The notes under the pieces: model-generated
Databases searched by the model: none
What the model was told of the DNA's origin: nothing
Seen by the model: the letters and a program-made list of their open reading frames with translations, nothing else
Origin: Oscillospiraceae bacterium
Lineage (GTDB): Bacteria; Bacillota; Clostridia; Oscillospirales; Oscillospiraceae
DNA: 64,000 nucleotides
Reading direction: 5' to 3'
NCBI GenBank assembly: GCA_016293265.1
Contig: JAEDEN010000001.1
Location: 20,181-84,180, forward strand
Position numbers and translations under genes: made by a program
In this document: piece after piece, positions 37,279 through 46,076 of the stretch
Layout of the letters: each line of letters begins with the position of its first letter
Position numbering within the stretch: the stretch's first letter is position 1

Positions 37279-38217
37279 TTAGAAAAGACCAAGCTGCTTG
37301 CACAAAAAAATCCACAAAAAGAGGGTGAAGCAGCAAAAGAGGGAGGTGGTGATGACGAGCTGGCCCGTCAGGTCGTGGTCGCTGTCGTACACCAGGGCCA
37401 TGGGGTAGGTGCTGCTGGCGATGGGGCTTGCCGTACAGATGGTGATGATGGCGAGCTCGCTGCCCCGAAAGCCCAGCACCGCCGCTGCCGTCACCAGGAG
37501 CGCCGGGATTCCCACCAGGCGCACCAAGGTCAGCTTGGTCAAAAGCAGGGCGTTTTTCCGCAGGGTGGAGAATTGGAAGGTGGCGCCCAGGGCGACCAGC
37601 GTCATCACGCTGCCGGCTTTGGCCAGGCCCGAGACGGCGCTTTCCACCGCGGAGGGAAGGCGGATGCCCAGCACCACGCAGAAAATACCCGCCAGTGCGC
37701 CCCGGATCAGGGGGTTTTTCGCCATGTTCACCAGGAGCTTTTTCACGGAGATCTGCCCGCCCCGGCAAAGTTCCAGGGCGATGATGGCAAGGGCGTTGTA
37801 AAGGGGGACCAGAACGGTGACCACAATGCTCATGGAAGCGATGCCTGCCGCATCCATCAGGGGCTGGGCAAGGGAGATGCCGATGATGGCGATGTTGGAG
37901 CGGTAGAGGTTCTGGATATAGAGCCCTCTGCGCCGCCGGTCAGGCTCCAGGCGGAAGAGAATGAGGGTGCCCAGGATAAAGACCAGAATGTTTGCCGCCA
38001 GCAGGTAAGCAAGAAGGGGGGCGGAAAAGGCGCTGCCAAGATCCGCGGAATAGATGTTGTTGAACAGCGTCCAGGGCAGGAGGACGGAAAAGGCCAGGCG
38101 GCTGATCTGGGGAAAGACCTCCGTTGGCACGAATTTGCGGGAGTTGGCATAGTAGCCTGCCAGCATATAGAGGAAAATGGGGGCGACGCAGTTGATGGAG
38201 ATAATGAGATTTTCCAT
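37279..38217 (-). CDS. AEC (auxin efflux carrier/malate permease) family transporter
   Basis: LLP, RSNIAIIG, KNPLI, P.ASS...MA; about ten TM; start after AGGAGG. Confidence 0.88.
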   Translation of the reverse strand: MENLIISINCVAPIFLYMLAGYYANSRKFVPTEVFPQISRLAFSVLLPWTLFNNIYSADLGSAFSAPLLAYLLAANILVFILGTLILFRLEPDRRRRGLYIQNLYRSNIAIIGISLAQPLMDAAGIASMSIVVTVLVPLYNALAIIALELCRGGQISVKKLLVNMAKNPLIRGALAGIFCVVLGIRLPSAVESAVSGLAKAGSVMTLVALGATFQFSTLRKNALLLTKLTLVRLVGIPALLVTAAAVLGFRGSELAIITICTASPIASSTYPMALVYDSDHDLTGQLVITTSLFCCFTLFLWIFLCKQLGLF

Positions 38218-38275
38218 AAGCCCTCCTGATGAACGGAATGACAGACCGGCCGGCCAAAAGGCCGGCCGGTTCGTT

Positions 38276-39670
<1,395 letters not shown>

Positions 39671-39965
39671 TGAATTCACCTGTTTTTCTTCTTTTTGGCG
39701 GTAATCGCACTCACAATAACCAGTATTATAACACATTTCCTGCTTTTTACAAGAGGAAAAGGAGGCCATTCATTTTGAATTGCCTGAAATTTGCGGAGAG
39801 GGTGTCACCGTCTCCGCCGGTCCGGAGAGAAGAATCCATTTGCCAAACGGCGCTCAGGGCGGTATACTATATGAGAAATCCCCCTCTTGCAGGGGAATGT
39901 ATCCGCGGGCTTTTGGGGTCGTCCCACAATCCCTTCGGATGCGCATCATTTCTGGAGGGTTGGAA

Positions 39966-40322
39966 ATGTCAAGGAAAACGCGGGAAAACTATCTGGACTA
40001 TATTCCGGTGATCTCTGACCGGAATACCTGGGATGTGAAGGAAAACGGCCGCGTGGTCATCCACATGGTTCACCGGGGCTTCTATGCATGGCTGGCCCAG
40101 CGGTTTTTCCGCCGTCCGCGGGTAAGCCACATTGAACTGGACGAAATGGGCAGCTTCATCTTTCCCCTGCTGGACGGCGTGCGCACCATAGGGGACATCG
40201 CCCTGCTGGTGAAGGCGGAGTTCGGCGAAAAGGCGGAGCCGCTTTACGACCGCCTGGTACAGTATATGAAGATTCTGCACAACAACGGCTTCATCGTCTA
40301 TCGGCGAAGCGGAAAGAAATAA
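39966..40322 (+). CDS. PqqD-family protein
   Basis: MSRKTRENYLDYIP...IELDEMGSFIF.LLDG.RT..DI...LYDRL..Y winged-helix pattern; GGAGGG RBS. Confidence 0.8.
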   Translation: MSRKTRENYLDYIPVISDRNTWDVKENGRVVIHMVHRGFYAWLAQRFFRRPRVSHIELDEMGSFIFPLLDGVRTIGDIALLVKAEFGEKAEPLYDRLVQYMKILHNNGFIVYRRSGKK

Positions 40323-40335
40323 GGAGCGAGCGATT

Positions 40336-41775
40336 ATGGCAGTTTTGAATCATCTGGAGCCCCGGAAGGTCTTTTCTTTCTTTGAGGAGCTCTGCGCCAT
40401 TCCCCACGGCAGCGGCAACACCCGGCAGATCTCCGATTACCTGGTGGACTTTGCCGCCCAGCGCGGCCTGGAGGCTTATCAGGACGCGCTGAATAATGTC
40501 ATCATCATCAAGGAGGCTACGCCGGGTTATGAATCCGCCGCCCCCGTCATCCTCCAGGGCCATATGGATATGGTCTGCGAAAAGACCGCCGGCTGCCCGA
40601 AGGACATGGAGCGGGAGGGGCTGGAGCTGGTGGTGGAGGGAGATACCATCTACGCCAGGGACACCACTCTGGGCGGCGACGACGGGATTGCCGTGGCCAT
40701 GGGCCTGGCCATCCTGGATTCCAACGACCTGAGCCATCCCCGCCTGGAGGTCATCTTCACCGTGGATGAGGAGACGGGGATGCAGGGGGCCATGGAGCTG
40801 GACGTATCCATGCTTCGCGGCCGGCGGATGCTGAACCTGGACTCCGAGGCGGAAGGGGTTTTCACCGTGAGCTGCGCCGGCGGCAATATGAGCCGCTGCA
40901 CCCTGCCTGTCAGCCGGGAGGCTTACGGTGGGGAAACGGCTGTCATCACGGTGGGCGGCCTGGACGGGGGACACTCCGGCGTGGAGATCCACAAGGGCCG
41001 GGGCAACGCCTGTATGCTCCTGGGCCGGGTGCTGGCTGCGGCGGCAAAGGAAACGGAGCTTCGCATCGTGTCTGTTTCCGGCGGATTGAAGGATAACGCC
41101 ATCCCCCGGGAAGCCGTTGCCGTCGTTGCGGCGGCGGACGTGGGGGAGGTGGAAGCGGCTGTGAGAAAGATGGACGCCGCGCTGAAAAACGAGTACCGCG
41201 TGACGGACGGGGGGGTGTTCGTCACCTGCGATGCCGGAAAGAAGGAGACGGCGCCTATGGACGCCGGCTCCACCCGCCGCCTTTTGGCCCTGCTCACCTG
41301 CGCACCTAACGGCGTCCAGGCCATGAGCGCCGGAATCCCCGGGCTGGTGCAGACCTCACTGAATCTGGGTGTTCTGAAGACCGGGGAGGAACAGGTGGAG
41401 GCCACCTTCTGCGTGCGCAGCAGCGTGGAGAGCCAGAAGACGATGCTGGTACACCGTCTGGAGTGCCTGATGGAAGCCCTGGGGGGCAGTGTGAAGGTCT
41501 CCGGCGACTATCCCGGCTGGGAATACCGCAGCGAATCCCCACTGCGGGAGCTGATGGCGGAGGTCTACCGGGAACAATACGGCAAGGAACCCGTCATCGA
41601 GGCGATCCACGCGGGACTTGAGTGCGGCCTTTTCGCCGGAAAGCTCCCCGGCCTGGACTGCGTGTCCGTGGGTCCGGACCTCACCGAGATTCACACCACC
41701 CGGGAGCGGATGCACATCGCTTCCGTCCAGCGCCTGTGGGCGATGGTGGTGGAGACACTGAAACGAATGAAATGA
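40336..41775 (+). CDS. pepD: Aminoacyl-histidine dipeptidase (M20C)
   Basis: IPHGSG, LQGHMDMV, LGGDDGI, DEETGM, GGHSG.EI, IHAGLECG. Confidence 0.92.
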   Translation: MAVLNHLEPRKVFSFFEELCAIPHGSGNTRQISDYLVDFAAQRGLEAYQDALNNVIIIKEATPGYESAAPVILQGHMDMVCEKTAGCPKDMEREGLELVVEGDTIYARDTTLGGDDGIAVAMGLAILDSNDLSHPRLEVIFTVDEETGMQGAMELDVSMLRGRRMLNLDSEAEGVFTVSCAGGNMSRCTLPVSREAYGGETAVITVGGLDGGHSGVEIHKGRGNACMLLGRVLAAAAKETELRIVSVSGGLKDNAIPREAVAVVAAADVGEVEAAVRKMDAALKNEYRVTDGGVFVTCDAGKKETAPMDAGSTRRLLALLTCAPNGVQAMSAGIPGLVQTSLNLGVLKTGEEQVEATFCVRSSVESQKTMLVHRLECLMEALGGSVKVSGDYPGWEYRSESPLRELMAEVYREQYGKEPVIEAIHAGLECGLFAGKLPGLDCVSVGPDLTEIHTTRERMHIASVQRLWAMVVETLKRMK

Positions 41776-41951
41776 CGTGCCGGGACGGTCAAAACCCCAG
41801 AGGATCGGGGGAAGGCCGTTGCGAACGACGGAGTGGCGAAGCGAAAGCGGCGCCGCTCCGTCTTTTTATCCCGATGGGCTTCAGAGCCAAAAGGATCATC
41901 CCGGAAGGGGAAAAGCCCCTGGGGCGGTTCATAAAAAAGGAAAAGAAACCA

Positions 41952-41980
41952 TTGACAGGAAGTAAAATCAGTGCTATATA
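41952..41980 (+). promoter_or_regulatory. SigA-type promoter of metY leader
   Basis: TTGACA-N17-TATATA with TG extension. Confidence 0.75.
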
Positions 41981-41987
41981 TAATCAT

Positions 41988-42013
41988 ATAAACCAATTGT
42001 GTTTATGGGTAAT
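41988..42013. promoter_or_regulatory. Putative Rrf2 operator (copy 1)
   Basis: ATAAACCAATTGTGTTTATGGGTAAT; same ATAAACC-N-A-N11-GGT pattern at 44092 and 44185. Confidence 0.65.
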
Positions 42014-42033
42014 TAGAGGGGAGGACAGAACGG

Positions 42034-42150
42034 ATGACGAACATTCTGGGACGGCTGCTGCGCAGCAATTTCCGCTGTGGACGAATGCTGTACTCCCGGA
42101 CAAGTGATATGGCCGGGCGCACCGTCATGCTCTGTTTGCGCCCCTGGTGA
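42034..42150 (+). CDS. Putative leader peptide of metY-like gene (38 aa)
   Basis: GGGGAGG RBS; MTNILGRLLRSNFRCGRMLYSRTSDMAGRTVMLCLRPW*; lies between promoter and terminator-like hairpin. Confidence 0.65.
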   Translation: MTNILGRLLRSNFRCGRMLYSRTSDMAGRTVMLCLRPW

Positions 42151-42173
42151 AAAGCCGCACCGCCATACCTCTT

Positions 42174-42206
42174 GCCCGGGAGCTGACCGTCAGCCCCGGC
42201 TTTTTT
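42174..42206 (+). terminator. Attenuator-type terminator in metY leader
   Basis: GCC(C)GGG(A)GCTGA-CCG-TCAGCCCCGGC followed by TTTTTT. Confidence 0.65.
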
Positions 42207-42238
42207 ATTTCAAAAAAATATTGAGAGAGGTATTTACC

Positions 42239-43522
42239 ATGAGTAACTATAGATTCGAGACTTTGCAGCTTCATGTGGGCCAGGAGCAGCCCGACCCCAC
42301 CACCGATGCCCGGGCCGTACCCATTTACCAGACCACTTCTTACGTGTTCCGCAATTCCGCCCACGCCGCTGCCCGCTTCGGCCTGGCGGACGCCGGCAAC
42401 ATCTACGGCCGCCTGACCAATTCCACTCAGGATGTGCTGGAAAAGCGGCTGACTGCCCTGGAGGGCGGCGTGGCCGCCCTGGCCCTGGCCTCCGGCGCCG
42501 CGGCCATCACCTACGCCATCCAGGCCCTGGCCCAGGCCGGGGATCACATTGTGGCCCAGAAGACCATCTACGGCGGCAGCTATAACCTGCTGGCCCACAC
42601 CCTGCCCCAGTATGGTATTTCCACCACCTTTGTGAATGCCCATAACCTGGCAGAAGTGGAGAACGCCATCCAGCCCAATACCAAGGCTGTCTATCTGGAG
42701 ACTCTGGGCAACCCCAATTCCGATATCCCTGATATCGACGCCATCGCCGCCATCGCCCATCGGCACGGCCTGCCCCTGGTGATCGACAACACCTTCGGCA
42801 CTCCCTATCTCATCCGCCCCATTGAGCACGGCGCCGATATCGTGGTCCACTCCGCCACCAAGTTCATCGGCGGCCACGGCACCACCCTGGGCGGCATCAT
42901 CGTGGACAGCGGGAAGTTCGACTGGAAGGCCAGCGGAAAGTACGCTCCCATCGCCGCCCCCAATCCCAGCTATCACGGCGTTTCCTTCGTGGACGCCGCC
43001 GGCCCTGCCGCCTTCGTCACCTACATCCGTGCCATCCTCCTGCGGGATACCGGCGCCACCATTTCTCCCTTCAATGCGTTCCTGCTGCTCCAGGGTGTGG
43101 AGACCCTCTCTCTGCGGCTGGACCGTCACGCCGAGAACACCAAGAAAGTAGTGGAGTACCTGGCGAACCATCCCCAGGTGGAGCATGTGAACCACCCCAG
43201 CCTGCCCGACCATCCCGACCACGCCCTGTACGAGAAATATTTCCCCAATGGCGGCGCGTCCATCTTTACCTTCGAGATCAAGGGAGGACAGGCCGAGGCC
43301 CACAAGTTCATCGACAGCCTGGAGATTTTCTCCCTGCTGGCTAACGTGGCGGACGTGAAGTCACTGGTGATCCACCCCGCCACCACCACCCACTCCCAGC
43401 TCACCCCGGAGGAGCTGCTGGATCAGGGGATCAAGCCCAACACCATCCGCCTCTCCATCGGCACCGAGCATATTGACGATATCATCGCCGACCTGGAGAA
43501 GGGCTTTGCCGCGGTAAAATAA
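42239..43522 (+). CDS. metY: O-acetylhomoserine/O-acetylserine sulfhydrylase (MetY/MET17 family)
   Basis: FETLQLHVGQE, PIYQTTSY, HSATKFIGGHG, LLANVAD.KSLVIHPA. Confidence 0.93.
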   Translation: MSNYRFETLQLHVGQEQPDPTTDARAVPIYQTTSYVFRNSAHAAARFGLADAGNIYGRLTNSTQDVLEKRLTALEGGVAALALASGAAAITYAIQALAQAGDHIVAQKTIYGGSYNLLAHTLPQYGISTTFVNAHNLAEVENAIQPNTKAVYLETLGNPNSDIPDIDAIAAIAHRHGLPLVIDNTFGTPYLIRPIEHGADIVVHSATKFIGGHGTTLGGIIVDSGKFDWKASGKYAPIAAPNPSYHGVSFVDAAGPAAFVTYIRAILLRDTGATISPFNAFLLLQGVETLSLRLDRHAENTKKVVEYLANHPQVEHVNHPSLPDHPDHALYEKYFPNGGASIFTFEIKGGQAEAHKFIDSLEIFSLLANVADVKSLVIHPATTTHSQLTPEELLDQGIKPNTIRLSIGTEHIDDIIADLEKGFAAVK

Positions 43523-43638
43523 GGATCCGCGCAGTCAAGGGGGACGCCCACTGAAATAGTGGACGCCCCCCTTGAGCCGGTTTGAACTTCAAATGTGCCT
43601 GGTGGATAAGGAGCAGGGATGCTCCTGTTTGTTTGCGG

Positions 43639-44070
43639 TCAGATCATGTAGTAATCTCCGGCAGTGCCGGACCGCATCAGATCTGCCACCGTGATATTGT
43701 TCAGATAATCATTGATGACCTTGTCAAGCCCCTGCCACATGGACAGCGTGCGGCATTCTGCCATTTTGGGACAGACCTTTGCACCATGGCCCAGGCAGGA
43801 GACGGGGGCCAGGGATTCTTCCGTCAGGCGCAGAATGCTGCCGACAGTATATTCATCAGGTGCTTTGGTCAGACGGTATCCGCCGCCCTTGCCGCGCAGT
43901 CCGCTGAGAAGGTCCGCCTTTACAAGGAGCTTTATGATGCTCTCCAGATATTTTTCAGAGATTTCCTGCCGCTCCGCCACCTCTTTCAGCGGGATATAGC
44001 CCTCTGTTTGGTGCTCTGCAAGATCGATCATGACCCGCAGTGCATACCGGCCTTTTGTAGAAATCAGCAT
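43639..44070 (-). CDS. Rrf2-family transcriptional regulator with three Cys
   Basis: STKGRYALR, YLE.I, RG.GGGY.L, C-X7-C-X5-C, C-terminal DYYMI. Confidence 0.92.
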   Translation of the reverse strand: MLISTKGRYALRVMIDLAEHQTEGYIPLKEVAERQEISEKYLESIIKLLVKADLLSGLRGKGGGYRLTKAPDEYTVGSILRLTEESLAPVSCLGHGAKVCPKMAECRTLSMWQGLDKVINDYLNNITVADLMRSGTAGDYYMI

Positions 44071-44091
44071 TCAGGGTGCCTCCAGTTCTTG

Positions 44092-44117
44092 ATAAACCTA
44101 TTATACAATATGGTTAA
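44092..44117. promoter_or_regulatory. Putative Rrf2 operator (copy 2) overlapping the regulator's own -10
   Basis: ATAAACCTATTATACAATATGGTTAA; minus-strand TATAAT lies inside it. Confidence 0.65.
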
Positions 44118-44151
44118 TAGGAAAATCAACGGGATTTTTTTGAATTCTCTA

Positions 44152-44180
44152 TTGACAAATTCCATTCTCAGCCTTATAAT
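44152..44180 (+). promoter_or_regulatory. Consensus SigA promoter of cysK leader
   Basis: TTGACA-N17-TATAAT. Confidence 0.9.
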
Positions 44181-44184
44181 CCAT

Positions 44185-44210
44185 ATAAACCCACCGGAAA
44201 GGTTGGTATT
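44185..44210. promoter_or_regulatory. Putative Rrf2 operator (copy 3)
   Basis: ATAAACCCACCGGAAAGGTTGGTATT at predicted TSS. Confidence 0.65.
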
Positions 44211-44213
44211 AGA

Positions 44214-44258
44214 ATGAAGACATACACATCTCCGTTCCGATGTTGCCGGTGCCGTTGA
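44214..44258 (+). CDS. Putative Cys-rich leader peptide of cysK (14 aa)
   Basis: [20 protein letters not shown] upstream; three Cys in last five codons. Confidence 0.75.
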   Translation: MKTYTSPFRCCRCR

Positions 44259-44316
44259 CCGAATGAGAGGCAAGCCACAAAAAACAACAACGACCGCATA
44301 TTGGGAGGAATATACA

Positions 44317-45249
44317 ATGAGCAATATTTATACATCCGCAGATCAACTGATCGGAAAGACTCCGCTGCTGGAACTGGTTCACATTGAGAAGAATGAGGGC
44401 CTGGAAGCCCGCATCCTGGGCAAGCTGGAATACTTCAACCCCGCCGGCAGCGTGAAGGACCGCATCGCCAAGGCCATGATTGACGACGCGGAGGCCAGCG
44501 GCAAGCTGAAGCCCGGCTCCGTCATTATCGAGCCCACCTCCGGCAATACCGGCATCGGCCTTGCTTCCGTGGCCGCCGCCCGGGGCTACCGCATTATTAT
44601 CGTCATGCCGGAGACCATGAGCGTGGAGCGCCGCCAGCTGATGAAGGCCTACGGCGCTGAGCTGGTGCTCACCGAGGGCGCCAAGGGCATGAAGGGCGCC
44701 ATCGCAAAGGCGGATGAGCTGGCAAAGGAGATCCCTAACAGCTTCATCCCCGGCCAATTTGTGAACCCCGCCAACCCCGCCGTTCACAGGGCCACCACCG
44801 GACCCGAGATCTGGGAGGATACGGACGGTAAGGTGGATATTTTTGTGGCGGGCGTGGGCACCGGCGGCACTGTCACCGGTACCGGCGAGTATCTGAAGAG
44901 CCAGAACCCCAACGTGAAGGTGGTAGCTGTGGAGCCCGCCGGGTCCCCCGTGCTGAGCAAAGGTACCCCCGGCGCCCATAAGATCCAGGGCATCGGCGCA
45001 GGCTTTGTGCCTGATGTACTGAATACCGCCGTCTATGATGAGATCATCGCAGTGGAGAACGAGGCCGCCTTTGCCACGGGCAGGAAAATCGGCAAATCTG
45101 AGGGCGTACTGGTGGGCATCTCCTCCGGCGCAGCCGTGTGGGCCGCCATTGAGCTTGCCAAGCGTCCGGAGAACAAGGGCAAGACCATTGTGGCCCTGCT
45201 GCCCGACACGGGTGACCGCTACCTCTCCACCCCGCTCTTTGCCGACTGA
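44317..45249 (+). CDS. cysK: Cysteine synthase A
   Basis: [41 protein letters not shown]. Confidence 0.97.
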   Translation: MSNIYTSADQLIGKTPLLELVHIEKNEGLEARILGKLEYFNPAGSVKDRIAKAMIDDAEASGKLKPGSVIIEPTSGNTGIGLASVAAARGYRIIIVMPETMSVERRQLMKAYGAELVLTEGAKGMKGAIAKADELAKEIPNSFIPGQFVNPANPAVHRATTGPEIWEDTDGKVDIFVAGVGTGGTVTGTGEYLKSQNPNVKVVAVEPAGSPVLSKGTPGAHKIQGIGAGFVPDVLNTAVYDEIIAVENEAAFATGRKIGKSEGVLVGISSGAAVWAAIELAKRPENKGKTIVALLPDTGDRYLSTPLFAD

Positions 45250-45416
45250 TCAACAGACGATTTGGGCCACCGCCTAAAAAGCGGTGGCCTATTCTATCCC
45301 GGCAGGAAGGAGGCCGGATCCGGTTTCATTTTTCGAGCGGGTTACGGACTGTACAACGGCGCAAGGATCCTGTATAATAAGCATAATTATGCGTGATCGG
45401 CAGGGAGGTGGTACCC

Positions 45417-46076
45417 ATGAGGCCGGATGTGGAGGAAGCCCTGCGCTATCTTGGCGCGGGAAGCGGAGTGCAGGAAGACCTGCGGCAAAAAACGGAAGCA
45501 GTGGCCGGGGAGCTTGCCGCCGCCCTGCAGCCGCGGTATACGTATCAGGTTTTTGACCTGCAGCGCAGAGGGGAAGAAATACGGCTCTCCCCCACGGCGA
45601 TCGTTCTGACCGGCCGCACCGCGGGGCGGATGCTGGCGCAGTGCAGCCGGGCGGCGGTGCTGGCTTGCACGCTGGGGGCGGAGTTTGACGCAATGCTGCG
45701 GAAAGAGCAGGTCCGCGATATCTCCCGCGCGGTGATTCTGGACGCCTGCGGCAGCGCCCTGGTGGAAAGGGGCTGCGACGAGGCGGAAGGGGAGATCGCC
45801 GCCCGGTTTCCAGGCCTCTATCTGACGGACCGGTTCAGCCCGGGATATGGGGACCTGCCCCTGGCGCTGCAGCCGTCCATCTGCGCCCTGCTGGACACGC
45901 CCCGGCGGCTGGGCATCCATGTGACCGGGAGCTTCCTGATGAATCCGGGCAAGTCTGTCACCGCGGTGATCGGCCTGTCGGACAGGCCCCAGATGGCCCG
46001 CATCCGGGGCTGCGCATGGTGCTCCATGAGGGAGATATGCACACTTCGCAAAGGAGGAAAGAGCTGTGCGCTCTGA
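45417..46076 (+). CDS. Stand-alone B12-dependent methionine synthase reactivation-domain protein
   Basis: ACTLG, LDACGS, RFSPGYGD.PL, KSVTAVIG, C-terminal CxxC....C; GGAGGTG RBS. Confidence 0.85.
   Translation: MRPDVEEALRYLGAGSGVQEDLRQKTEAVAGELAAALQPRYTYQVFDLQRRGEEIRLSPTAIVLTGRTAGRMLAQCSRAAVLACTLGAEFDAMLRKEQVRDISRAVILDACGSALVERGCDEAEGEIAARFPGLYLTDRFSPGYGDLPLALQPSICALLDTPRRLGIHVTGSFLMNPGKSVTAVIGLSDRPQMARIRGCAWCSMREICTLRKGGKSCAL

Noticed and set aside
39671..39760. T-box leader for asnS
   Set aside because: Predicted promoter (TTGTAA...TATAAT) is only ~55 nt from the start codon; no T-box motif
41790..41930. GC-rich hairpins and GCGAAGCG motifs after pepD as a REP/IS remnant
   Set aside because: No clear second copy or terminal repeats in the window; evidence too weak
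42020..42238. SAM-I riboswitch or T-box in the metY leader
   Set aside because: No ATCxAGAG...GATAAG S-box core and no AANNAGGGTGGTACCRCG T-box motif seen; a leader ORF explains the region better (Infernal check still advised)
42077..42238. 54-aa N-terminal extension of MetY given by the ORF track
   Set aside because: GTG without RBS inside the leader; family-typical start MSNYRFETLQLH at 42239 has a GAGG RBS
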